A DNA stretch of 43,468 bases. Source: an uncultured Gammaproteobacteria bacterium (GTDB lineage: Bacteria; Patescibacteriota; Microgenomatia; Levybacterales; GWA1-39-11). The notes beneath the pieces are model-generated. The model had not been told where the DNA came from. It was given only the letters and a program-made list of their open reading frames with translations, and did not search any database. Position numbers and translations under genes: made by a program. The DNA is taken from assembly GCA_964490835.1 (NCBI GenBank), contig CAZBEA010000003.1, forward strand, positions 1-43,468, written 5' to 3'. This document shows positions 1-8,661 of this stretch, in pieces. Position 1 is the first letter of the stretch, and the number at the start of each line of letters is the position of its first letter.

Positions 1-285
1 ATTACTGCAACATTTGGACTGGTTCACATCGCATTGCCCATTTTGTTACCGTATGTCTTGGTTTTGGCTTCGATGAAGATTAATCAAACGATATTTGATA
101 GAAAAATTGATCTTTCTTATGGAACATATATCTATTCTTTCCCTGTCATGCAAGCTCTTGCTTTTTTTGGGTTGAATACGTCTCATTTTTTTTACTTTAT
201 ACTCAGTATTTTCTTTACTCTTCCTTTTGCCCTTTTTAGTTGGTTTGTAGTTGAAAAACCTTCACTTAATTTAAAAAGGATATAA
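1..285 (+). CDS. Acyltransferase family 3 (OafA/OatA-type membrane O-acyltransferase), C-terminal fragment running in from the left window edge
   Basis: Frame +1 is open from nt 1, so the ORF-track start at 34 (a TTG) is not a real start. The tail FDRKIDLSYGTYIYSFPVMQALAFFG plus terminal hydrophobic helices resembles the conserved SYG.YL.H.P end of acyltransferase_3 proteins. Stop TAA at 283-285. Confidence 0.5.
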   Translation: MTATFGLVHIALPILLPYVLVLASMKINQTIFDRKIDLSYGTYIYSFPVMQALAFFGLNTSHFFYFILSIFFTLPFALFSWFVVEKPSLNLKRI

Positions 286-294
286 ATGGAATAA

Positions 295-2238
295 CTACCA
301 AAACTTATAAACCTTGTCATTATTAATTAGCGAATAACCACTATGTTGTTTTATATTAAACTCTATCGATGTTATTTCTCTCGGTAAATAAAATAAAGGC
401 ACTCTATCAAGATTAATTACACAGATTTCTTTATCACAATTCATATATTCAATTTTTGTCTCAAATCCTTCCCTCGTCTTCATTGTAATTGCTGAAAATT
501 CTTCCTCAGTCTTTTTGTGTTTTACTAACAGAATTTTGCCCTGCGAGTTGAATTTAATAGAATTATTATTTCTTAGAATATTGGTGAAATCAAAAATTCT
601 ATCACTTTCTAACTTATGGCTTCCTTCGGAACGAGGAATATTTCCAAGAGAAACACTGAGCAAGTTCTTGGAAATAACGGGATCGTTTTTAACCAATTCG
701 TTCTGAAAAAAATCAACCGAATTACCCGATCGTCTCATGACAAGTGTCTCTTCTTCTTTGTGAAGAGGTATATAATGAGTGAGAAGAAATTTTAATTCGT
801 TAGGAACCCTCATATAGTCTGGCACTCCGTCTATAAATGCAAAGCGTGCAAAGTTGTATAAAAGATATTCGGGTTTTTGATTTTTTAGATATTCAAGCCT
901 GTACTCTTCGATGTCTTTATATGAAGATACATATGTATCAACGTATTTAGGCGGCATTACACCTCCGAGAACATACCACACGGGCTCTCCAGGGAATGAA
1001 TAAAAACTTTTTTGCGATGAAATGAATGAAAGCAATCTCTCATTGGAATATGCTCCGGTACTTTTAGTAATAGATTCTTTATTTGCTTCTATACACTCTG
1101 AGACTTTATTAAGATTTTCATTAAAAAAATTAAATTCTTGTTTTTGTAGGAATGGCCTTTTAGCGAATGGATAAATTACAAGAATGAAAAATAAAAACAA
1201 AAAGAGATATACATATCTGTAGTACCAAAGAATTGCATTTTTTTTCAGTTCTGTAAGTAGCTCAGACACAAGAATAAGAGATAGGAAAAAAGATACAAAG
1301 GTTATCTGCCTATCAATTGACTTAATGAGACTTTTTTGTTCGAGTAAAAGTATAAATACCAGCAATACAATTTGATAAGAATCGGTTGCAGTAAGTTTTT
1401 TTTTCGTGACAAGTTTTATAGATATATAAAGAGAAGAAATATAGAATATAAAGAAAGTAAAAATATTGTCAGGAGAATTAAGAAAGGGCGTTAGGGGAGT
1501 TTTCCACGCAGGCAGGAGGTAAGATATGTCCCTTAAGAAGGTGATATACGCACTAACAGAATCGGTAAATATTAGATATAAAATAAATGGTAGAACTCCA
1601 ATTAAAAATCCTAACGAATAAGCAATTATATTTTTCATGCAATTTATAGATACTTGTTTTATTGAGTTTTTTCTTAAAAGTACAGCTGATGAAAATATCG
1701 TAATTGCAGTAAATAATATTCCTGAATAAATTCCCGGATCCCCAAGTAACCCATACATCAATCCATTAATAAAACCAAATAACACAAAAACTTTTAACGA
1801 TGGCTTTTTCTGAAGGACAAAATCAATGCAAAATAATCCAAAAAGTAATACCACACCATAACGATTAACCAGATACGCACCCGTATATACCTCCAAGAAC
1901 AAAACAAATGCCCACCCGAGAAAGATAGCAATTATTTTGTTAAGAAAGATTTTTTTTATGAAATAAAAGAAGAAATGAATAACTGCCAAATAAAGAAAAT
2001 AGGGAATAAGGTTTGTGATGAAATTATACTGAGAATAATATGAAAGAATTCCATAGGGGTAAAAGATATCCCTATAAGGAAGTAGTCCACTTGCTAATGT
2101 ATAATTCCACAACACGCCGTGTTGACCATCAAATCCAAGATCAAAAAAAATACTACAGTATGTAATATTTTCAAATGTTATAAGAATTGCACCTATTAAG
2201 AAGATTAAATAAGAAAAAACGTTGCTTTTAATTGTCAT
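295..2238 (-). CDS. Large polytopic membrane protein with a ~270-aa soluble C-terminal domain; possible GT-C-fold (polyprenol-phosphate-sugar dependent) glycosyltransferase
   Basis: The ORF-track start at 2274 is TTG; the first ATG is at 2238 (MTIKSNVFSYL...). About 11 hydrophobic segments fill the first ~380 aa. An early loop FFDLGFDGQHG...LPYRDIFYPYG is reminiscent of the acidic/aromatic first-loop motifs of GT-C enzymes. The C-terminal half is hydrophilic. The family call is tentative. Confidence 0.5.
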   Translation of the reverse strand: MTIKSNVFSYLIFLIGAILITFENITYCSIFFDLGFDGQHGVLWNYTLASGLLPYRDIFYPYGILSYYSQYNFITNLIPYFLYLAVIHFFFYFIKKIFLNKIIAIFLGWAFVLFLEVYTGAYLVNRYGVVLLFGLFCIDFVLQKKPSLKVFVLFGFINGLMYGLLGDPGIYSGILFTAITIFSSAVLLRKNSIKQVSINCMKNIIAYSLGFLIGVLPFILYLIFTDSVSAYITFLRDISYLLPAWKTPLTPFLNSPDNIFTFFIFYISSLYISIKLVTKKKLTATDSYQIVLLVFILLLEQKSLIKSIDRQITFVSFFLSLILVSELLTELKKNAILWYYRYVYLFLFLFFILVIYPFAKRPFLQKQEFNFFNENLNKVSECIEANKESITKSTGAYSNERLLSFISSQKSFYSFPGEPVWYVLGGVMPPKYVDTYVSSYKDIEEYRLEYLKNQKPEYLLYNFARFAFIDGVPDYMRVPNELKFLLTHYIPLHKEEETLVMRRSGNSVDFFQNELVKNDPVISKNLLSVSLGNIPRSEGSHKLESDRIFDFTNILRNNNSIKFNSQGKILLVKHKKTEEEFSAITMKTREGFETKIEYMNCDKEICVINLDRVPLFYLPREITSIEFNIKQHSGYSLINNDKVYKFW

Positions 2239-2656
2239 ATTTTTTTCGAAGTAAAAACCATGAAGCAATAACAACTAGAAATGGAAATAAAAGAAAGATG
2301 TAGATAACAATAGCATCAAAGTTCAAAGGATAATTGAAATAATGATCATATCCTATCGCTCTCATTTCTCCAACTTTAGGTTGCAATAATATATTTTTTA
2401 TGAGCCTTAAGCCAACTCCTAATAATCCTACAAGCAAAAAAAGAAAAGAGATCGAATAAATAAGATGCAGAAAAAGTTTTTTAGTCTTAATAATTATCAA
2501 CAAAGGAGAGAGAAATAATATAGGCAATAAAGTCGATGCTAGCAATCTACGACTAAAACTATCTAGCATTAATGAGAAAATAATAACGACGCCAATAAGA
2601 ATAATACTGAGGAGGAATAGGGTCTTTGAATTTTTATTATCATGTCTTTGTACCAT
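2228..2656 (-). CDS. Small 4-helix integral membrane protein of unknown function
   Basis: ATG at 2654-2656. Four hydrophobic segments. It overlaps the first ATG of the downstream membrane ORF by 11 nt. I recognise no family motif. Confidence 0.5.
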   Translation of the reverse strand: MVQRHDNKNSKTLFLLSIILIGVVIIFSLMLDSFSRRLLASTLLPILFLSPLLIIIKTKKLFLHLIYSISFLFLLVGLLGVGLRLIKNILLQPKVGEMRAIGYDHYFNYPLNFDAIVIYIFLLFPFLVVIASWFLLRKKYDN

Positions 2657-2670
2657 TGTATTTTGAGGTG

Positions 2671-2713
2671 AGTATAACTTTTTCTTGATTTAGAGACAAG
2701 TATTCTTTATAGT
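2671..2713. promoter_or_regulatory. Candidate divergent overlapping sigma70-type promoters in the 67-nt gap between the two glycan operons
   Basis: Plus strand: TTGATT (2685-2690), 17 nt spacer, TATAGT (2708-2713), then ATG at 2724. Minus strand: TTGTCT (2694-2699 complement), 17 nt spacer, TATACT (2671-2676 complement), then ATG at 2656. Pattern match only. Confidence 0.3.
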
Positions 2714-2723
2714 ATTGTTTGTT

Positions 2724-3398
2724 ATGAAAAATAAAAATGCTATTATTAAAAAATCTTATTCAGATCAGGAAAAATATTATTTGAATTACCTCATTAAGCA
2801 TGAAAAGGAAAAAAGATCACATTTTTCCCTACTAGGACTTCATCATAAACATCTCGATGATTATATTAGGTCTGGCATTAAAGACTTGCCAAAAGCATCT
2901 AAAATTTTAGACGCCGGATGCGGAATTAATGCTTGGCCTACCACTGCAATGCGCAAAAAATATATTATAGAAGGCATCGATGGAGAGGAAGATGCAATTA
3001 ACTTTTGCAAGAAGCATTATTCTGAAAAATATATTCATGGTGATCTGTATAAGATGCCATACAAAAACAATTCATTTCACGCGGTTACAATGAGGGAAGT
3101 TATCGAGCATTTTATAAAACCCGAAGCTGCAGTAAAAGAAGTGTATCGAATCCTAAAGCCAGAAGGAAAGTTTGTTTTGACTACCCCCAATTATGATAGT
3201 TGGAAACTCAAAATTATTGAGAACACTTACAACAGATTTTTTGGTGGACACTGCAAGCCATATCGCGATGATGTTCATCCAAGTAAATTTAAATTACAAC
3301 CTTTAGAAAAGCTAATTAGTAAGTATTTTACAATACTAGACCACAGCACTATTGATATGGGTATCTCACAGGGAGTCATTGCGATCAAAACCAAATAG
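2724..3398 (+). CDS. Class I SAM-dependent methyltransferase
   Basis: The ORF-track start at 2715 is TTG; the first ATG is at 2724. Motif I ILDAGCGINAW is present, followed by post-I/II-like segments and LKPEGKFVLTTPN, typical of Methyltransf_11/23-type enzymes. Confidence 0.8.
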   Translation: MKNKNAIIKKSYSDQEKYYLNYLIKHEKEKRSHFSLLGLHHKHLDDYIRSGIKDLPKASKILDAGCGINAWPTTAMRKKYIIEGIDGEEDAINFCKKHYSEKYIHGDLYKMPYKNNSFHAVTMREVIEHFIKPEAAVKEVYRILKPEGKFVLTTPNYDSWKLKIIENTYNRFFGGHCKPYRDDVHPSKFKLQPLEKLISKYFTILDHSTIDMGISQGVIAIKTK

Positions 3399-3442
3399 CT
3401 TCATTGATTTCTCCACAGTCATGATTTATAGTATCAATCACA

Positions 3443-3880
3443 ATGCTTGAACCAACAATAATTAATGTGCATTCCCACTCAGACAGAAGAGGTGTCTTGC
3501 GATACGCAAACGAATTTACTTTTCCTAATGTAAAACGGTTTTATCATATCGTTTTGCCTGAAAAAGGAATAATCCGAGCATTTCATGGACATATGAAAGA
3601 AGAAAAATATGTGTATGTGATAAAAGGGTCAGTTAAAATAATACTAGCCCCACTTTCTGACAAAACAACGCCTTCAAAAAATGTAGAATTAATAGAATAT
3701 ATATTAAATTCACAAAATCCTTCAATTCTTCATATTCCATCAAAATTCGCAAATGGCATAATGTCACTAGAAGACAATTCAGAAATTATTTTTTATTCAA
3801 CGCTTTTGCTTGAGGATTCTTTGAGGGATGACTATCGATTTGATGAAAAATATTGGGGCGAAGATATTTGGATACAATAA
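3443..3880 (+). CDS. WxcM/FdtA-like cupin (NDP-4-keto-6-deoxyhexose 3,4-ketoisomerase family; an RmlC-like epimerase role cannot be excluded)
   Basis: A 145-aa single cupin. HSDRRGVL...FKRFYHI...RAFHGHMKEEKYVYVIKGSV matches the RG.H.H plus beta-roll signature of FdtA/QdtA/WxcM C-terminal domains. Confidence 0.65.
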   Translation: MLEPTIINVHSHSDRRGVLRYANEFTFPNVKRFYHIVLPEKGIIRAFHGHMKEEKYVYVIKGSVKIILAPLSDKTTPSKNVELIEYILNSQNPSILHIPSKFANGIMSLEDNSEIIFYSTLLLEDSLRDDYRFDEKYWGEDIWIQ

Positions 3881-3881
3881 T

Positions 3882-5153
3882 ATGGAATATAAAAATATAG
3901 GAGAGTATAAATACTTTGATAAATGTAGGTTTTGTTTCTCTTCAAATGGCGAGGTAGTAATTGATTTGGGCGTGGTACCCCTGGCAGGAGGTTTTATCGC
4001 AAAAGACTCAAAAAGCGAAATTTTTAATACAGAAAAGCTTTTTCCTCTGCAATTATATTACTGTCGAGAATGCTATCTTCTTCAAGTAAATACTTCAATA
4101 AATCCAGATACGCTTTTTAAAAACTATTTTTATTTTTCATCATCGATTAAGACTTTAGTCGATTACTTTCAAGGCTTTTCTGAAGATTTATTAAAAGATA
4201 AAAAATATTCCTCTAAAACGCACGTAGTCGAAGTTGGCTGCAACGATGGGGAGCTTTTGAAAGCTTTTATCGCAAAAGGTGTATCAGTAACAGGAGTAGA
4301 CCCGGCAACAAATGTAGTCAAACCATTAATAAAAAGGGGGATGCCAATTATCAATGACTATTTTAGCGAGAAAGTCGCTGAAAAAATTATAAAAGAAAAA
4401 GGAAAGGCCGACTTTATTGTATCGTTTCATAGCATGGCGCATATTGAAAATATGCATGATGTCGCAAGTGGAATTAAGAAATTGCTCAAACCAAAAGGCG
4501 TCCTTGCATTTGAAGTACATTATCTAGGAAATCTAATATTGCAAAAACAGTACGACATGATGTATCACGAACATCAATTTTATTACTCCCTTCATACACT
4601 ACAGAAATTTTTCGCTCAATATAATATGGAGGTTTTTGATATCCAAAAATCTAACGTGAGAGGGGGATCTATGATTTACTATGTTCAACATAAAAAGACT
4701 GGAGTTAACAAAATATCAAAGAATATAAAAGACCTAACCAGATACGAAATGGATAAAAAATTGATAGATATACAAACATTCAAAAAATACAATGCCTTTA
4801 TTAAGAGAAGTAAAAAAGATTTAACAGATATTCTTGACAAACTAAAAAAAAAGGCAACTATCGTTGGTTATGGAGCATCAGGACGTGGAACAATAATTAT
4901 GAATTACTGTGGACTGGACAAAAAATATTTTAATTTTGTCATAGACGATGCGCCACAAAAATGGGAAGCATATTGTCCTGGTACACATCAGCAAATTATC
5001 AGTAACACAATACTTTCAACTAAAAAAAGACCTGACTATTGCGTTCTTTTTGCTTGGCCTTTTGCAAGTGAAGTGGTAAAAAGGAATGAAGAATTTGTTA
5101 AAAACGGTGGAAAATTTATTGTTCCTCTGCCTCGTGTTACAATCATTCCATAA
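3882..5153 (+). CDS. NDP-hexose C-methyltransferase (TylCIII-like: Zn-ribbon + SAM MTase + C-methyltransferase C-terminal domain)
   Basis: The N-terminal CRFC...CREC Zn-binding pair with LGVVPLAGGF is present, as is the MTase core VVEVGCNDGELL. The C-terminal VGYGASGRGTIIMNY...VIDDAPQKW...PDYCVLFAWPFASEV matches the Methyltransf_13/14 architecture. I chose the ATG at 3882, 1 nt after the upstream stop, over the overlapping ATG at 3828. Confidence 0.75.
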   Translation: MEYKNIGEYKYFDKCRFCFSSNGEVVIDLGVVPLAGGFIAKDSKSEIFNTEKLFPLQLYYCRECYLLQVNTSINPDTLFKNYFYFSSSIKTLVDYFQGFSEDLLKDKKYSSKTHVVEVGCNDGELLKAFIAKGVSVTGVDPATNVVKPLIKRGMPIINDYFSEKVAEKIIKEKGKADFIVSFHSMAHIENMHDVASGIKKLLKPKGVLAFEVHYLGNLILQKQYDMMYHEHQFYYSLHTLQKFFAQYNMEVFDIQKSNVRGGSMIYYVQHKKTGVNKISKNIKDLTRYEMDKKLIDIQTFKKYNAFIKRSKKDLTDILDKLKKKATIVGYGASGRGTIIMNYCGLDKKYFNFVIDDAPQKWEAYCPGTHQQIISNTILSTKKRPDYCVLFAWPFASEVVKRNEEFVKNGGKFIVPLPRVTIIP

Positions 5154-5998
5154 TGACTATAAGTGTACTGGTATTAGGCTGTGACGGAATGGTCGGGAAT
5201 GCCGTATTTAAGTACTTAAGAAAAAATAAGAGCCTTCAAGTATTTGGTGCCGCACGAAAAAATTTCGATAACAATAAAATATACCGCCTCGATGTAAACT
5301 CTTTTGAAGAGGATTTTATTAATATTCCCCGAGTAAATTATGTTATTAATTGCATAGCAGTTTTGAAAGACGTGTCCGAAAAAGAATTTGTAGAAATTAA
5401 TGCAACTTTTCCTCAAAAGCTTTCTCTTTTTCTGTCTAAAAAAAATACAAAACTTATTCACATCTCTACTGATGCCGTTTTTGCGGAAGATGCTGGACCC
5501 GTCAACGAGAATGAAATCCCCAACCCCTCTGCCAATTACAATAATGCTTATGCAGTATCAAAATTACAAGGGGAAGTAAATAAAAAACCCCACATCACAA
5601 TTCGTACGTCACTACTCGGAATTGGATTAACAGGTTTATTGAATGATCTGATTAATTCTAAAGACACAATTCTTAAAGGGTTCACGAACCAACTATGGTC
5701 TGGATGCACATCCGTTCAATTTGCTAGATTTTGTGAGGATATTATATGCGTTAGATTTGATTCCCAAATAAATGATGCAGAAGTTATTCACTTTGCCCCA
5801 ATCGGACCCATTACTAAATATGAAATTGTAAAAAGTGTGAATGAAGTTTTTGGATTACAAAAGAAAGTGAAAGAAGAAAAATCTCTACCAATTACAAGAT
5901 ACTTAACTTCTGAAATAATTGATTTAGCTAGAAATCCACGGTATACTAACTCAATTCATGAAGCACTAATTGAGCTGAAAGAATTTTATAAATTATGA
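5153..5998 (+). CDS. RmlD-like NAD(P)-dependent sugar-nucleotide reductase (SDR)
   Basis: Motifs VLVLGCDGMVGNAV (Gly-rich NAD motif), ISTDAVF and YAVSKLQGE (YxxxK). The size (281 aa) fits the dTDP-4-dehydrorhamnose reductase family. TAATG overlap with the upstream gene. Confidence 0.65.
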   Translation: MTISVLVLGCDGMVGNAVFKYLRKNKSLQVFGAARKNFDNNKIYRLDVNSFEEDFINIPRVNYVINCIAVLKDVSEKEFVEINATFPQKLSLFLSKKNTKLIHISTDAVFAEDAGPVNENEIPNPSANYNNAYAVSKLQGEVNKKPHITIRTSLLGIGLTGLLNDLINSKDTILKGFTNQLWSGCTSVQFARFCEDIICVRFDSQINDAEVIHFAPIGPITKYEIVKSVNEVFGLQKKVKEEKSLPITRYLTSEIIDLARNPRYTNSIHEALIELKEFYKL

Positions 5999-7185
5999 AA
6001 AAGAAAAAATTGGCTTTTATCTTAGGAATACGCCCGGACATAATCCGAGCTGTTCTCATAATGCGATACCTCGAACAAGCAAAGGATATCGAAGTGATAT
6101 TTATTTGGTCGGGGCAACATTATTCACATAATTTGAAAGGAATATTCTTTAAAGAATTTGGCATGAGAAAAGCCGACTACGAACTTGGGTGTAAAGGAGA
6201 CACAGATGCGGAAATTGCAGGATCTCTTATCACCAAACTCTATCCACTCCTGGAAAAAATAAGACCTGATGCAGTTGCATTTTTAGGCGATACGAATACA
6301 ACTATTGCTTCAGTCGTCCCAGCAATGCTCAATATTCCGATTATCCATATTGAAGGCTGTTGGCATTCTTATGACTGGCGCATGCCGGAGGAAAAATTTA
6401 GAACACTCACAGACCACCTTGCAGATGTTATATATACATACGAAGATGAATATAAGCTTCGAGGCATCGCGGAGGGTTTAAATCCTAAAAATATCGTTGT
6501 TACTCGCAATCCAATTGTCGACATCCTGAACGAATTTTATTATAGGCAAAAAAAGAAGCTCGAAAAAAAAGCTACAAAATCTTTCTTCTCAAAAAGAAAA
6601 ATTGAAAATGGAAATTACTATCTTATGACGTGTCATAGACGTGAAAATGTACACATCGACACCTCATTCGACGCTATTATGAACTTAGTAAAACATGCCT
6701 CATTACCAGTCTATTTTCCGGCAAGCTACCGTACTCAAAAGGTGATCAAGGAGAGAAAACTGAAATTACCGTCAAACCTTATCGTAGTCGACCCGGTGGG
6801 ATATGAGGAGATTCTGATCTTGGCAACTCATTCAAAGGGAATATTTACAGATTCCGGAACACTGATTGAAGAAGCAAGCGTTTTGGGAATTCCGGCAGTT
6901 CAAATGAGAAAATCAACCGAAAGACCTCAGGTCTATGACGTAAGGGGAGCTGTTAAATTTGACCCAGATCAACCAAAAAAATACTCACCAGAACTTGTTC
7001 TTAAAAAGCTTCAAAAAATTACCGGCACTACATGGAAACATGCATTTGGTGATGGAAAAGCGTCTGAAAGAATAGCAAAAGACCTCATTAAAAGACTTAG
7101 AGAAAACAAACTTCGAGGTCATCTTCCGGAAAATAGTCATCTTCCTATAAAAAGATCATTTATTGAAGATGGCATAAATGTTTAA
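5995..7185 (+). CDS. wecB: UDP-N-acetylglucosamine 2-epimerase (non-hydrolysing)
   Basis: Motifs ILGIRPDIIR, GDTNTT, HIEGC and TCHRRENV, plus the C-terminal TDSGTLIEEA...P, all typical of the WecB/MnaA family. ATGA overlap with the upstream gene. Confidence 0.85.
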   Translation: MKKKKLAFILGIRPDIIRAVLIMRYLEQAKDIEVIFIWSGQHYSHNLKGIFFKEFGMRKADYELGCKGDTDAEIAGSLITKLYPLLEKIRPDAVAFLGDTNTTIASVVPAMLNIPIIHIEGCWHSYDWRMPEEKFRTLTDHLADVIYTYEDEYKLRGIAEGLNPKNIVVTRNPIVDILNEFYYRQKKKLEKKATKSFFSKRKIENGNYYLMTCHRRENVHIDTSFDAIMNLVKHASLPVYFPASYRTQKVIKERKLKLPSNLIVVDPVGYEEILILATHSKGIFTDSGTLIEEASVLGIPAVQMRKSTERPQVYDVRGAVKFDPDQPKKYSPELVLKKLQKITGTTWKHAFGDGKASERIAKDLIKRLRENKLRGHLPENSHLPIKRSFIEDGINV

Positions 7186-7909
7186 AGAACAAGCGTTATA
7201 TAACGAGCTTAAAGACGGTCAATTTACTTCTCTTTTTTCACGTGAGCAAAGAAAAGTGGAACAAATTCCAAATCCAAATTCAGAAGGTGTCGTTGTTCTC
7301 TCCGGACATGGAATTTATGGTGAGGACGGAAAAACACCAATAACATGGAATTCTCCGGAGAATCAAGTGAGAATTCTTCATGGAGTAAACACATATCTTA
7401 AAATCGCGCAACAAAAACTGGGAATAGAACATCCTACAAGAGAAAACTTAGTATCACTGGCCTCAGGTGATCGTCCATTCTTCTTATATCTAAATGGCGA
7501 GTTTCATGAGCCTGAAAATCCAAGAAACCAGCTTAAGGATATGTTCGAAATACTTGATGTTGTCGAGTTTCCTGTTGAACTTGCTGTTGCGCAAAATTGT
7601 GTAATTGGGGGACGATTCAATACATTAACTCAATTTCAGGCGATAAATGAGGATCCGGTCCTTGGAAGCGCAAAACATATAACGCTTGTCACAAGCGATT
7701 ATCATGCAATTCGCGCTGCGGGAACAGCAGAGGTAAATCTTTCTCAACATATTGCTTTCGATATCGCGCCGGCACATCAATTTGCACAAGAACAGGATGT
7801 ATTTAAAACACTCTCACAAATAGCCGGAGAGATTGACCGAATTGTTAATTATTCATCAAAAACTCCCCCGGACGTTGCATTAGTGTTAACACGTGGATCA
7901 ATATTATGA
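7178..7909 (+). CDS. DUF218 / YdcF-like (ElyC/SanA family) protein
   Basis: VVVLSGHG..., ...NTLTQF... and ITLVTSDYHAIRA match the DUF218 pattern (VTS.yH..RA). Overlaps wecB by 8 nt. Confidence 0.55.
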   Translation: MFKEQALYNELKDGQFTSLFSREQRKVEQIPNPNSEGVVVLSGHGIYGEDGKTPITWNSPENQVRILHGVNTYLKIAQQKLGIEHPTRENLVSLASGDRPFFLYLNGEFHEPENPRNQLKDMFEILDVVEFPVELAVAQNCVIGGRFNTLTQFQAINEDPVLGSAKHITLVTSDYHAIRAAGTAEVNLSQHIAFDIAPAHQFAQEQDVFKTLSQIAGEIDRIVNYSSKTPPDVALVLTRGSIL

Positions 7910-8661
7910 AGCAAAAAAAAGACTCACTTGCAGTTATCATCCCAATGTATAACGAAGAAAAAGGAGCAAGAAAATGTATTACTGAAGTGGTTGGGGAACT
8001 AAAAGAAATACATTTTCCTATCAAATTGATAATTGTTAATGATGGAAGCAAAGACAACACGGAAAAAATTATTTTGGATGAGAAAAAGAAATTTAAAAAA
8101 TACCTTGAAATTATTAGTTATAAAAAAAATAAAGGTTACGGCGGGGCACTTCAGGAAGGAATTCGAGGAGCCTTACAAAATGGTTTCACATATGGACTTT
8201 TTATGGATTCAGACTTAACCAATGATCCAAAGTACATAAAAGATTTTGTGAAGGTTATCTCGCAAAATTTCGATCTTGTAAAGGCTTCAAGGTATATCAA
8301 ACATGGAAGTATGAAGGATATTCCATTAAAAAGGCGGGCATTATCGTACACTGCAAGTATTTTTGCACGAAATTTATTTAGAATGGGAATAAAAGATGTT
8401 ACGAACGGATTCAGAATGGTGAGACTTGAACTCTTAAGGAATGTGACATTCAAGGAAAACTCATTCCCGATAATACTTGAGGAGCTCTATTACCTGAAAA
8501 AAAAGGGTGCTAATGCGTATGAGATTCCGAATATTCTCACCGCTCGAAAAAATTCAGCTTCACATTTTCAATATAATTATGCTACTATGTGGGGGTATTT
8601 AAAGTATGCTCTTAAAGCTTCACTAATATATGGTTCAAAAAATAAAAAGAATAATCTTTGA
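7906..8661 (+). CDS. GT2 polyprenol-phosphate glycosyltransferase (DPM1/Ppm1/GtrB-like catalytic domain, no TM helices)
   Basis: Motifs LAVIIPMYNEE, VNDGSKDNT, KNKGYGGAL and FMDSDLTNDP (the DxD context of the Dpm1 family). ATGA overlap with the upstream gene. Confidence 0.75.
   Translation: MKQKKDSLAVIIPMYNEEKGARKCITEVVGELKEIHFPIKLIIVNDGSKDNTEKIILDEKKKFKKYLEIISYKKNKGYGGALQEGIRGALQNGFTYGLFMDSDLTNDPKYIKDFVKVISQNFDLVKASRYIKHGSMKDIPLKRRALSYTASIFARNLFRMGIKDVTNGFRMVRLELLRNVTFKENSFPIILEELYYLKKKGANAYEIPNILTARKNSASHFQYNYATMWGYLKYALKASLIYGSKNKKNNL

Noticed and set aside
3828-3881. An upstream ATG that would extend the C-methyltransferase 18 codons into the cupin gene.
   Set aside because: The ATG at 3882 follows the cupin stop by 1 nt and precedes the conserved Zn-ribbon. 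The 53-nt overlap is unnecessary.
4844-4852. A9 in the C-methyltransferase gene, plus A8 at 7913-7920 near the 5' end of the DPM1-like GT2, as possible phase-variation tracts.
   Set aside because: Lys-coding poly-A runs of this length are common throughout this AT-rich window, so there is no evidence of length variation from a single sequence. Only the A7 at 2240-2246 is flagged, because it coincides with an ORF junction.
7231-7250. A TTTTTCACGTGAGCA element resembling a parS core (CACGTG).
   Set aside because: It has about 4 mismatches to the 16-bp parS consensus and its right half is not conserved. It lies inside the DUF218 coding sequence, far from parB.
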